Positions 1 through 9,153 of a stretch of DNA of 64,000 nucleotides are shown here, piece by piece (position 1 is the first letter of the stretch; every line of letters starts with the position of its first letter). Below the pieces are notes generated by a model. It searched no databases and was not told the origin of the DNA. It saw nothing but the letters and a program-made list of their open reading frames with translations. The position numbers and the translations under genes were made by a program. This stretch comes from an uncultured bacterium (GTDB lineage: Bacteria; Krumholzibacteriota; Krumholzibacteriia; JACNKJ01): positions 1,920,001-1,984,000 of the forward strand of contig CAVOFT010000001.1 in assembly GCA_963695095.1 (NCBI GenBank), read 5' to 3'.

Positions 1-2692
1 CGAATGGCTGGTCGCGCGCAGCGAGAAGGTGGAGCTCTTCTTCTATCCGGAGGAGGAGCAGCTTGCCGCCTACGCGCTCGCCTTCGCCGATTCGGCGGCG
101 CTGGAGCTGGAGATCGTCTTCGCCCTCACGCTCGAGCGCCCGGTGCCGCTCGTGCTCTACGGCTCGCAGCATGCCTTTCGGGAAACGAACGTCATTCCTA
201 GCCTGATCGGCGAATCGGTGGGGGGCTTCACGGATCTCGTGCGCGGCCGCGTCGTCGTGCCTGCCACGGGGGACCTGCACGCGCTCCGGCACGTGATCCG
301 CCACGAGCTCGTGCATGCGGTCATGCTCGAGAAGCTGGCGCAGGTGATGTCGGCCCGCCGCCAGTTCAGCTACCAGCACCCGCCGCTCTGGTTCGTGGAG
401 GGCCTGGCGGAGTTCTACAGCGTCGGGGCGCCCGACACCGAGGGGGAGATGCTCCTGCGCGAGGGCATCCTCGACGGCTCGCTGCCGCCCCTCGGCGAGC
501 TCTGGCGCATCCAGGGCAGCTACCTGATGTACAAGGTGGGTCAGTCGGTGGTGGCCTACCTGGATCTCAACTACGGCTCGGCGGCCGTGCGCGGCCTGCT
601 CGAGAACTGGTGGCGCAGCGCCAGCTTCGAGCGGCTCCTCGAGCAGGACCTGGGGCTCAGTCTCGCCGAGCTGGACGCGGGCTGGCGCAGTCAGCTCAGG
701 CGGCGCTACTACCCGAGCGTCACCGTCAGGCAGCCCGCCCGCGAGCGCGGGCGCGAGCTGCTGCGCGGCGGCAGCTTCCAGGTGGGCCCCGCCGCGCTGG
801 GGGACTCGAGCTTCGTCTACCTGGAGACGGCCAGCGGCCGGGTGGCCCTCGCGCGCGCGGAGTTCCCCCGCGAGGTCAGGCGCCAGGCCGACTATCGCCT
901 GCTGCTCGAGGGCGGGCGCAGCGGACGCACGGAGTCCATCCCCTTCATGCGCAGCCGGCCGGCGGCAGGGGCCGGACTGATCGCCCTCAGCGTGCAGCGG
1001 GGGCCGGGCGATGAGTTGCGCTTCCTCGACGCTGCCAGCGGCGCCACGCTCGCCGCCTTTGCCGCGGATTCCATCGTGCAGATCGAAGCGCCGAGCCTGG
1101 CGCCGGATGGGCGCGTGCTCTTCTCGGGCATCGGGCCCGGGGGGCGCCGCGACCTCTTCCTGCTCACGGGGAATCCGCGGGCAGCGGCGCCCGCCTGGCA
1201 GCTGCGACGGCTGACCGCCGACGATTGCGATGACCGCGATCCGAGCTGGCACCCGGATGGAGAGCGCTTCCTCTTCAGCAGCGATCGCGGGCAGGCGACC
1301 GCCAGCCCGCATCGCAATCTCTTCGCCTTCGAGCTGGCGAGCGGGCGCGTGGAGCGGGTCACCGAGGGCCCCTGGGTGGATCGGCAGCCGGCCTGGTCGC
1401 CGGATGGGCGCCGCTTCGTCTACGTGTCGGACCGCCTGGGCGCCTGGGATCTCTATAGCGCCGAGGCGGGCGTGCATCGGCGGCAGACGGCCACCTACGG
1501 CGGCGCGCAGGACCCGGCCTGGCTGGGGGAGGGATTCCTGGCGGCGGTCTACGAGCAGCGGCGCTACCGGATCTATCATTTCCCCTTCGCGGCGGGCGCG
1601 GACAGCGTGGCCGCCGGCGCGGCGGAGACGGCGGCGGTGACGCCTGCCGCCCCGGTGCCGGGCATCTCCCTGCCGGCACCGATTCCCTATCGCCCCCGCT
1701 GGGGCCTGGACTTCGCCCAGTCGGGCCTGGCCTACGATCCGGAGTTCGGCAGCGCCGGCGGCGGCCAGCTCGGCTTCACGGATCTGCTCGGCAATCACCA
1801 GGCCTCGGTCGCCCTCTCGAACACGGCCACCACTTCGGCGGACTTCTTCAAGCGCCTGAACGTGGGCCTGGGCTACACGAATCTTTCGAGGCGCTGGAAC
1901 TGGAGTCTGGCGGTCTTCCACCTCAGCAGCGACTTCGACACGAACGGCTGGGAGTATCGCTTCGAGCGGCGCTTCGGCGCGCTGGCGGCCCTGAGCTATC
2001 CCTTCAACCAGTTCCGCCGCGTGGAGTTCAGCGCCAATGTGCGCGGGGTGATCCAGGAGGACGAGATCAGCTACGCCCTCCGCGATCCGGAGGCGGTGCT
2101 GGGCTCTCTCTACGCCGCCTGGGTGCACGACACCGTGCTCTGGAGCTACGGCGGCGCGCTCAGCGGCGAGCGCATCAATCTGACGCTGGGCTGGACGAGC
2201 GCCTTCGGCGAGGCCGGCTACGGCTACAGCGTGATTCGCCTCGACGCGCGCAAGTACTGGCGCCTGCGGCAGGAGACGGTCTACGCCGCCCGCCTGTTCG
2301 CGCACTACTCGCGCGGCGACGACCCGCGCTATGCGCATCTGGGCGGCCCGCTCCAGTTGCGGGGCTGGCCGCATCAGTACTTCCACGCCCGCGGCGTCTG
2401 GCTGCTCAATCAGGAGTTGCGCGTGCCCCTGCTCTACGGCATTCGCCTCTTCACGCCCCTGGGCAACATGGATCTGCCGCCCCTGCGCGGCAGTCTCTTC
2501 TTCGATGGCGCCCGCATGGCGCAGCGCTTCTTCGGCATCCCGCAGCCCCAGTGGGCCGGCGCCTACGGACTGGGCCTGGAACTCGGCCTGGGACCGGTGC
2601 TGGTCCTGCGCTACAACGCGACGCGCACGACGGACTTCAAGGAGATCAGCCCCGCGGTCGACCACGAGTTCTTCCTCGGCTGGAATTTCTAG
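1..2692 (+). CDS. Metallopeptidase (HExxH) + PD40/TolB-like beta-propeller + Omp85/BamA-type beta-barrel protein; 5'-truncated by the window edge
   Basis: Frame is open from the window start. HELVH followed by WFVEGLAE (peptidase MA-like); repeated PSWHPDG/PAWSPDG PD40 motifs; C-terminal barrel with LRG motif ending in aromatic ...FFLGWNF. Confidence 0.75.
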   Translation, partial: EWLVARSEKVELFFYPEEEQLAAYALAFADSAALELEIVFALTLERPVPLVLYGSQHAFRETNVIPSLIGESVGGFTDLVRGRVVVPATGDLHALRHVIRHELVHAVMLEKLAQVMSARRQFSYQHPPLWFVEGLAEFYSVGAPDTEGEMLLREGILDGSLPPLGELWRIQGSYLMYKVGQSVVAYLDLNYGSAAVRGLLENWWRSASFERLLEQDLGLSLAELDAGWRSQLRRRYYPSVTVRQPARERGRELLRGGSFQVGPAALGDSSFVYLETASGRVALARAEFPREVRRQADYRLLLEGGRSGRTESIPFMRSRPAAGAGLIALSVQRGPGDELRFLDAASGATLAAFAADSIVQIEAPSLAPDGRVLFSGIGPGGRRDLFLLTGNPRAAAPAWQLRRLTADDCDDRDPSWHPDGERFLFSSDRGQATASPHRNLFAFELASGRVERVTEGPWVDRQPAWSPDGRRFVYVSDRLGAWDLYSAEAGVHRRQTATYGGAQDPAWLGEGFLAAVYEQRRYRIYHFPFAAGADSVAAGAAETAAVTPAAPVPGISLPAPIPYRPRWGLDFAQSGLAYDPEFGSAGGGQLGFTDLLGNHQASVALSNTATTSADFFKRLNVGLGYTNLSRRWNWSLAVFHLSSDFDTNGWEYRFERRFGALAALSYPFNQFRRVEFSANVRGVIQEDEISYALRDPEAVLGSLYAAWVHDTVLWSYGGALSGERINLTLGWTSAFGEAGYGYSVIRLDARKYWRLRQETVYAARLFAHYSRGDDPRYAHLGGPLQLRGWPHQYFHARGVWLLNQELRVPLLYGIRLFTPLGNMDLPPLRGSLFFDGARMAQRFFGIPQPQWAGAYGLGLELGLGPVLVLRYNATRTTDFKEISPAVDHEFFLGWNF

Positions 2693-2754
2693 CGCGGCGA
2701 CCGGGGGCGGACGCCCGCTCCCCGCGCCCTGCGCGCAACCCCAAGGAGGCCCCG

Positions 2755-3279
2755 ATGCCCGCGCCTCAATCCGACCCCTGGCTGGCCGACCTGCTGGCGC
2801 TCAAGCGCACGCCCCGCAGCGGCTGGTTCCGGATCGGCGTCGCCCAGCCGGAATCGGTGGCCGAGCACAGCTTCGCCGTCGGCTTGCTGGCCTGGCGCGC
2901 CGCCCGGGCGCAGGGCCTGGACGCGGGCAAGGCCCTTCTGATGGGCCTGCTCCACGACTTCCACGAGGCGCAGCTGGGGGATCTGCCGAGCCCGGTCAAG
3001 GCGCTGCTGGCGCCGGCGGGACTGGCCGAGGCGGAGGCGCGCCTCGTGGGCGCGCAGTGGGAGGGCTGGGCGCCGGACGTGCTCGCCCTGCTGCGGGAGC
3101 TGGCGCTCGGCAGCAGTGCGGAGGCGCGGCTGGTCCAGGCCTGCGACCGCGAGGAGCTGCGGCTGCAGGCCCAGCGCTACCTGGCCGAGGGCTATGCCGA
3201 GGCAAAGGCCTTCCTTGCGCCGGATGCGGGGGCTCAGGATGTCCAGGAACCGGCGGGGGGCGGCCAGGCCGGCCGCTAG
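2755..3279 (+). CDS. HD-domain phosphohydrolase (YfbR/HDDC2-like 5'-deoxynucleotidase family)
   Basis: AAGGAGG RBS before ATG 2755; LKRTPRSGW, ESVAEHSF and LLHD motifs. Confidence 0.8.
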   Translation: MPAPQSDPWLADLLALKRTPRSGWFRIGVAQPESVAEHSFAVGLLAWRAARAQGLDAGKALLMGLLHDFHEAQLGDLPSPVKALLAPAGLAEAEARLVGAQWEGWAPDVLALLRELALGSSAEARLVQACDREELRLQAQRYLAEGYAEAKAFLAPDAGAQDVQEPAGGGQAGR

Positions 3280-3291
3280 GGCCGGGCGGGC

Positions 3292-3552
3292 CTAGGCCTG
3301 GGGCAGCGCGTTGGCGCGCAGCTGCAGGCGGGACTTGAGGCGGCTGGCGCGGTTCAGCTTGATGATGCGCTTCTTGGCCAGGCGGTCCAGGAAGCCGCTC
3401 AGCTCGGGCAGCAGCGCCGTGGCCTCGGCAGCGTTCGCGCTGCTGCGGAACTTCTTCAGACGCGTGCGCATCTGGCTCATGTAGGCGCGGTTGGCGAGGC
3501 GGGCCTTCTCGGCCGTCTTCAGGCGCTTCTTGCAGGACTTGTGATGAGGCAT
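3292..3552 (-). CDS. rpsT: 30S ribosomal protein S20
   Basis: MPHHKSCKKRLKT...N...KKRIIKLNRASRLKSRL matches the S20 pattern; AAGGAG RBS. Confidence 0.95.
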   Translation of the reverse strand: MPHHKSCKKRLKTAEKARLANRAYMSQMRTRLKKFRSSANAAEATALLPELSGFLDRLAKKRIIKLNRASRLKSRLQLRANALPQA

Positions 3553-3588
3553 CTGGCTTTTCTCTCCTTATCGCGTCACAAGGGAGCC

Positions 3589-3617
3589 AATCTAGCAAGG
3601 GGCGGCAGGCCTGTCAA
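3589..3617 (-). promoter_or_regulatory. sigma70-type promoter of rpsT
   Basis: Minus strand TTGACA-17 nt-TAGATT with extended -10 TG. Confidence 0.75.
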
Positions 3618-3629
3618 GGGGGAAACCCC

Positions 3630-3658
3630 TTGTCCCGTCACGGCTTCCGGGCTAGATT
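3630..3658 (+). promoter_or_regulatory. sigma70-type promoter of the uvrC-xerD unit (divergent from rpsT)
   Basis: TTGTCC-17 nt-TAGATT. Confidence 0.55.
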
Positions 3659-3709
3659 GGCGGCCCAACCGGCCTGTGCCGGCGCCCCTTCGTCCTCCCG
3701 AGGCTGAGC

Positions 3710-5620
3710 ATGGTCCCTCGCGCCCACCCCGAGGCCCTCCTGCGCAAGCTGGACCGGCTGCCCACCGCGCCGGGCGTCTACCTGTTCAAGGACGCGCGCG
3801 GCAAGGTGATCTATGTCGGCAAGGCGAAGAACCTGTCCACGCGGGTGCATTCCTATTTCCAGGAGCGGCGCCAGCGCGACCCGAAGACGGAAGTCCTGCT
3901 CGGCCATGTCGCCGACCTCGACTACCTCGTCATGGCCAGCGCCATGGAAGCCCTGGTCGCCGAGAACAACTTCATCAAGGAATACAGTCCCCGCTACAAC
4001 ATCCAGCTCCGAGACGACAAGAGCTATCCCTACGTGCGCATCACACTGGAAGAGGAGTTGCCGCGCGTGTTCCTGACCCGGCGCATGGAAGAGGGGGGCA
4101 GCCTCTATCTCGGGCCCTACACGGACGTGGGCGCCATCCGCCAGACCCTGCGCGTCCTGAAGACCCTCTTTCCCATCCGCGACTGCCCAGGAGATCTGCC
4201 GGCCGAGAGCCTGACGCGCGAGTGCCTCTACTATCACATCGGGCGCTGCCTGGCGCCCTGCACGGGCCGCCAGTCGGTGGCGGACTACCGAGCCGGCGTC
4301 GAGAAGCTGCGCCTGTACCTGACGGGCAAGGCCAGCCGCCTGCGCGATTTGCTGGAGGGCGAGATGAAGCGGGCCGCCGCCGAGCAGCGCTACGAGCAGG
4401 CGGCCCGGCTGCGCGACCAGCTGCAGGCCATCGATCGGCTCAGCCACCGGCAGCGCACGCAAGTCTACGGCGAGGGCGACCGCGATGCCATCGCCCTCGC
4501 CCGTGACCGCGAGGACAGCTGCGGCGTCGTGCTGCGGCTGCGCGACGGCCGCCTGCTCGCCTCCGAGACCTTTCACTTCCGCACGCGCGAGGGCGAGGGC
4601 GACGGCGAGGTGCTCAGCGCCTTCTGCCAGCAGTACTACCACCGCGTTCAGCAGCCGCCGCCGGAGCTGCTCTTGCCCGAGGCCTTTCCCGCCGCCGACG
4701 AGACCCTGCTGGCCGACTGGCTCTCGTCGCGCCGGGGGACGCGGGTCAGCCTGCGCCGCCCCCAGCGCGGGCTGGGCCGCGAGATCCTGGCCCTGGCCCT
4801 GGAGAACGCGCGCACCAAGCTCGACGAGTCGCTGGCCACGCAGGGCAGCAAGGCGGGGCGGGTGCCGCCGGCGGTCTTCGAACTGCGGGAGGCGCTGGGC
4901 CTCGCCCAGTTGCCGCGCGTGATCGAAGGCGTGGACATCTCCAACACCGGCGACCGCGAGGTGGTCGCCGCCCTGGTCAGCTTCAAGGACGGCGCCCCGC
5001 GGAAGAGCGGCTACCGGCGCTTCCGGATCAAGGAGGTCCTGGGCCAGGACGACTTCGCCTCGGTGGCCGAGGTGGTGCGCCGTCGTTTTCGCCGCCTGGC
5101 GGAGACGGGCGAGCCGCGCCCCGATCTGCTGCTCATCGACGGCGGGCCGGGACAGCTGGCCGCCGCGGCGAGCGCCCTGGCCGAGCTCGGCGTGAGCGAG
5201 CAGGCCCTGATCGCCCTGGCGAAGCGCGAAGAGGCCGTCTATCGCTCGACCGCGCCCGAGACCCCGCTGCTGCTGCCCCAGAACGCGGGCGCCCTGCGCC
5301 TGCTCCAGCGCGTGCGCGACGAGGCGCACCGCTTCGCGCGGGGCTACCATCGCCAGGCCCGCGGCAAGCGCAGCCTGGGCTCGGCCCTGGACGGCATCCC
5401 CGGCCTCGGCGAGGAGCGCCGTCGCCTCCTGCTCGACCAGTTCGGCAGCGTGCCGGCCATCGCGGCGGCGCCGCTGGACGCTCTCATCGCCTTGCCCGGC
5501 ATCGGTCCCGCGCTCGCGCACCGCATCCTGGCCGGCCTGGCGAGCGCCGCGGAGGCGCCGGCACCTGCCGAGGGAGAGGCCCCGCCCGCGCCCGAGGCGA
5601 CTCCGCGGGAGGACTCCTAG
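3710..5620 (+). CDS. uvrC: Excinuclease ABC subunit C
   Basis: GIY-YIG (PGVYLF...IYVGKAKNL), YNIQLRDDKSYP, DISN, LIDGGPGQ, RDEAHRFA, C-terminal HhH. Confidence 0.97.
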   Translation: MVPRAHPEALLRKLDRLPTAPGVYLFKDARGKVIYVGKAKNLSTRVHSYFQERRQRDPKTEVLLGHVADLDYLVMASAMEALVAENNFIKEYSPRYNIQLRDDKSYPYVRITLEEELPRVFLTRRMEEGGSLYLGPYTDVGAIRQTLRVLKTLFPIRDCPGDLPAESLTRECLYYHIGRCLAPCTGRQSVADYRAGVEKLRLYLTGKASRLRDLLEGEMKRAAAEQRYEQAARLRDQLQAIDRLSHRQRTQVYGEGDRDAIALARDREDSCGVVLRLRDGRLLASETFHFRTREGEGDGEVLSAFCQQYYHRVQQPPPELLLPEAFPAADETLLADWLSSRRGTRVSLRRPQRGLGREILALALENARTKLDESLATQGSKAGRVPPAVFELREALGLAQLPRVIEGVDISNTGDREVVAALVSFKDGAPRKSGYRRFRIKEVLGQDDFASVAEVVRRRFRRLAETGEPRPDLLLIDGGPGQLAAAASALAELGVSEQALIALAKREEAVYRSTAPETPLLLPQNAGALRLLQRVRDEAHRFARGYHRQARGKRSLGSALDGIPGLGEERRRLLLDQFGSVPAIAAAPLDALIALPGIGPALAHRILAGLASAAEAPAPAEGEAPPAPEATPREDS

Positions 5621-6532
5621 GTGAACGCGGCCTGGCAGGGCGAGCTGGACGACTGGCTCGACCAGCTCCTCGTCGAGCGCAGCCTCTCCGCCAACACGCT
5701 GGAGGCCTATCGGCGCGACGTCGCCCGACTCGCCGCCGCGGTCCCGGATCCCCGCCAGGCGCAGGAAGCCGATCTCCGGCGCGCGCTGCACGCGGCGGAG
5801 GCGGCGGGCCTGGCGCCCCGCAGCCGCGCCCGCCTGCTCAGCGCCTGGCGGAGCTTCTTCCGCTACCTCTGCGCCGAAGGGCGCCGCAGCGCATCGCCCG
5901 CGGAGGCGCTGGAAGGGCCCCGTCTGCCGCGGGCACTGCCCGACCTGCTCTCGCTGGCCGAGATCGAGGCCCTGCTCGCCGCCGCGGCGCGGGGCGCGAA
6001 GACTCCCCGCCGCGATTGCGCGCTCGTCGAGCTGGCCTACGGCTCGGGTCTGCGCGCCTCCGAGCTGGTGGGCCTGCCGCAGGTCGAGCTCTTCCTGGCC
6101 GAGGGTCTGGTGCGCGTGCTGGGCAAGGGGCGCAAGGAGCGCTGGGTGCCTCTCGGCAGCCGCGCGGTGGAGTCCCTCGCCCGTTACCTCGTCGAGGAAA
6201 GGCCGCGCCTGGCGACCGTCCTCTCGCCGGGGCGCGTCTTCCTCAACGGGCGCGGCGGCGCGCTCAGCCGCGTGGGCTGGTGGAAGATCCTCCAGCGCCT
6301 GGCCGCAGCAGCGGGCATGGCGGGACGGGTCAAGCCGCACAGCCTGCGCCACAGCTTCGCCACCCACCTGCTCGAAGGCGGCGCCGACCTGCGCGCCGTC
6401 CAGGAAATGCTCGGGCACGCCTCCATCGGGACGACGCAGATCTACACCCGCGTGGATCGGCTCTACCTCAAGCGCGTGCACCGCGATTTCCATCCCCGCG
6501 GCGTCGCGGCTGGCGAGGCATCGCCGGAATAG
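5621..6532 (+). CDS. xerD: Site-specific tyrosine recombinase XerD
   Basis: YGSGLRASEL, GKGRKER, HSLRHSFATHLLEGGADLRAVQEMLGH, TTQIYT, C-terminal HPR. Confidence 0.9.
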   Translation: MNAAWQGELDDWLDQLLVERSLSANTLEAYRRDVARLAAAVPDPRQAQEADLRRALHAAEAAGLAPRSRARLLSAWRSFFRYLCAEGRRSASPAEALEGPRLPRALPDLLSLAEIEALLAAAARGAKTPRRDCALVELAYGSGLRASELVGLPQVELFLAEGLVRVLGKGRKERWVPLGSRAVESLARYLVEERPRLATVLSPGRVFLNGRGGALSRVGWWKILQRLAAAAGMAGRVKPHSLRHSFATHLLEGGADLRAVQEMLGHASIGTTQIYTRVDRLYLKRVHRDFHPRGVAAGEASPE

Positions 6533-6610
6533 GCGTTGACGGATGGCTTTGCCTCTGTTACCTGAGGTGGCCATGAACACTGCGCGCGGCCGCGGCCCGG
6601 GGGACGGGCC

Positions 6611-7357
6611 GTGAGCTATACCGTTCGTCTGGAGCTCTTCGAGGGCCCGCTCGATCTTCTGCTCTATCTCATTCGCAAGGATGAGATCGAGATCGCGGAC
6701 ATCCCCGTCGCGCGCATCACCGACCAGTATCTCGCCCATCTGCAGCAGCTCGAGATCCTCGAGCTGGACGGCGCGGGCGAGTATCTCCTGATGGCGGCCA
6801 CGCTGCTACGGCTCAAGAGCCGCATGCTGCTGCCACGGCCCGCCTTCGGCGAGGATGACGACGCGGACCCGCGGCGCGATCTCGTCGCCCAGCTCGAGGA
6901 GTACCGCAAGTACAAGGCGCTGGCGGAGCGCTTCAGCGACCTGTCCGAGGCCCGCCGCCGGCTCTTCGACTTCGTGCCGGCCCAGCCGCTGGACTCCCTG
7001 CGCAGCCGGGAGGAGGTCTTCAGCCTGGACTTTCCCGAACTGCTCGGCGCCCTGCGCGACGTGATGGGTCTGGTGGCGGAGCGGGAAGCTCGCCATCGCG
7101 TCGGGCTCGAGAACGTCTCCATCGAGGAGAAGATGGCGCTGATCCGCGAGCGCCTGCGCGCCGGGGACCGGCTCGTCTTTCGCGATTTCATGGCCGAAGC
7201 GCCCACGCGCCTGCATGTCATCGTCACCTTCATGGCCCTGCTCGAGATGGTGAAGTACGGCGAGCTGCGCATCGAGCAGGAGGGCCGCCACGCCGAGATC
7301 TGGATCATGCCGGCGGCGACGGTGGCGATGGCGGCCGCGGCGGCAGCGGCCGGATGA
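6611..7357 (+). CDS. scpA: Segregation and condensation protein A
   Basis: FEGPLDLLLYLI, KSRMLLP, TFMALLEM. Confidence 0.95.
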   Translation: MSYTVRLELFEGPLDLLLYLIRKDEIEIADIPVARITDQYLAHLQQLEILELDGAGEYLLMAATLLRLKSRMLLPRPAFGEDDDADPRRDLVAQLEEYRKYKALAERFSDLSEARRRLFDFVPAQPLDSLRSREEVFSLDFPELLGALRDVMGLVAEREARHRVGLENVSIEEKMALIRERLRAGDRLVFRDFMAEAPTRLHVIVTFMALLEMVKYGELRIEQEGRHAEIWIMPAATVAMAAAAAAAG

Positions 7358-7400
7358 GGGGGGCTGCCGCCGGCCCCGAAACGATCGAAAGGGTGAGAGC

Positions 7401-8402
7401 ATGGATTCCGAGTTGAAGCGGACGGTGGAGGCCTTGCTCTTCGCCGCTCCGGAGCCGCTTTCCTTGAGCCGCCTGCAGACGATTCTCCCCGCCGCCGAGC
7501 GGCGCGAGGTGCAGGCGGCCCTGGCCAGCCTGGCCGAGGACTATGACACGGGCGGCCACGCCTTCCAGCTCGCCGAGCTGGGCGGCGGCTGGCGCATCGT
7601 GACCCGCCCGCATCACGCCGAGCGCATCGAGGAGCTGCTGCGCGGACAGCGCCGGGTGCGCCTGAGCCGCGCCTCGCTGGAGACCCTGGCCGTCGTCGCC
7701 TATCGGCAGCCCTGCACCCGGATCGACGTCGAGGCCGTGCGGGGCGTCAACTGCGGCGCTTCGCTGGCCACCCTGGTGGAGCGCGGCCTGATCCGCAACC
7801 ATGGCCGCGCGGAGACCCTGGGTCGGCCTCTCCTGTACGGCAGCACGCCCGAGTTCCTCGCCTTCCTGGGCATCAACAGCCTGGACGAACTGCCCCGCCT
7901 GGCCGAGATCGAGGCCTTGCTCAGGCCGCGCCCGGCCGACGGCGAGGAGGACGAGGAGAGCCCGGTGCCCCTGGGTGAACGGCGAGAGCGCCTGCTCGAG
8001 GGCATGGACGCCCTCACCACCCTGATCGCGGAGAGCGACATGGCGGGCGCGGGAGCGGCGCCCGCGGAGGAAGGCGCCAGCGCCGCCGACTGGGCGCTCG
8101 CGCTTGCCGGCGCGAGCGAGGAAGCGGGCGATGGCGCTGAAGCCGAGGCGCACGCCGCGGCCCTCGCGGCCGCGCTCAGCGAGGAGCGGGAGCTGCTCGC
8201 CGAGGCTGGGGATGCGCTGTTGGAGCTCGAGGCGGCGGAGAGCGCGCCGGCCGCAGACGATGCCGCCGCCGCCCGCGCGCCGGCGCTGGCGCGGATCGCC
8301 CGCGCCTTGAGCGAAGGCCCGGCGGGGGAGGCCGCCGCAGCCCCGGACGAGGAGCCGGGCGAGGCTGCGGCCTGCGCGGCAACAGCGAGCGGGGAGGACT
8401 AG
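7401..8402 (+). CDS. scpB: Segregation and condensation protein B with an acidic C-terminal extension
   Basis: VEALLFA, LSRASLETLAVVAYRQP, RGV, GRPLLYGST...LDELP. Confidence 0.95.
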   Translation: MDSELKRTVEALLFAAPEPLSLSRLQTILPAAERREVQAALASLAEDYDTGGHAFQLAELGGGWRIVTRPHHAERIEELLRGQRRVRLSRASLETLAVVAYRQPCTRIDVEAVRGVNCGASLATLVERGLIRNHGRAETLGRPLLYGSTPEFLAFLGINSLDELPRLAEIEALLRPRPADGEEDEESPVPLGERRERLLEGMDALTTLIAESDMAGAGAAPAEEGASAADWALALAGASEEAGDGAEAEAHAAALAAALSEERELLAEAGDALLELEAAESAPAADDAAAARAPALARIARALSEGPAGEAAAAPDEEPGEAAACAATASGED

Positions 8403-8406
8403 GGCC

Positions 8407-9120
8407 ATTCGACTCAACCGCTTTCTGGCTCTGGCGGGGGTGGCCAGCCGGCGGCGCTGCGACGAGATCATCCGCGCCGGGCGTGTCACGGTGGGCGGCA
8501 AAGCGGTCGCGGATCCCGCCATGGACGTCGAGCCCGAGCGGGCGCGCATTGCCCTCGACGGCCGGCTTCTGGCCCTGGTCAAGCCGCAGACCTGGCTGCT
8601 GAACAAGCCGCGCGGGATCCTCTCGGCCGCCAGCGACGCCAGGGGCGGCACCACGGTGGCGGATCTCGCCCGGGGCGCCGGCATCGAAGGCCGGCTCTAC
8701 CCGATCGGGCGCCTGGACAAGGACAGCCGCGGGCTCATCCTGCTCAGCAACGAGGGCGACCTGGCGCTGCGCCTCAGCCACCCGCGCTATGGCATCGAGA
8801 AGACCTACCGGGTGCGCATCAACCTGCCGATCACGGCCACCCAGATGCGGCGCTTCGCCGGCGGTCTCCAGCTGGACGACGGACCGACGCGCCCCTGCCG
8901 CATCCGCCCGCTGCCCGGCCGCGCCACCTACGAGGTGGTGCTGGGCGAGGGCCGCAAGCGCCAGCTCCGGCGCATGTTCGAGTGCCTGGGGCGCCGGGTC
9001 GTCGACCTCGCCCGCGTACGCCTGGGCCCGCTGAGCCTCGGCGGCCTGCCCGAGGGGGCGCTGCGCCCGCTCAGCGGCGCCGAGCTGGAGCGGTTGAAAC
9101 GCGCGGTCGGCCTGCGCTAG
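8407..9120 (+). CDS. rluB: 23S rRNA pseudouridine synthase (RluB/RsuA family); start uncertain (ATT 8407 or GTG 8440)
   Basis: S4 domain IRLNRFLALAGVASRR begins upstream of GTG 8440; catalytic GRLD; EGRKRQLRRM. Confidence 0.85.
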   Translation: MRLNRFLALAGVASRRRCDEIIRAGRVTVGGKAVADPAMDVEPERARIALDGRLLALVKPQTWLLNKPRGILSAASDARGGTTVADLARGAGIEGRLYPIGRLDKDSRGLILLSNEGDLALRLSHPRYGIEKTYRVRINLPITATQMRRFAGGLQLDDGPTRPCRIRPLPGRATYEVVLGEGRKRQLRRMFECLGRRVVDLARVRLGPLSLGGLPEGALRPLSGAELERLKRAVGLR

Positions 9121-9153
9121 AGTGGCGGCGCCGCCGCGCGGCCGGGAGGGGCA

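Noticed and set aside
5621..6532. Tyrosine recombinase as a phage or island integrase
   Set aside because: Size, motifs and the scpAB context fit housekeeping XerD; no att duplications or cargo genes.
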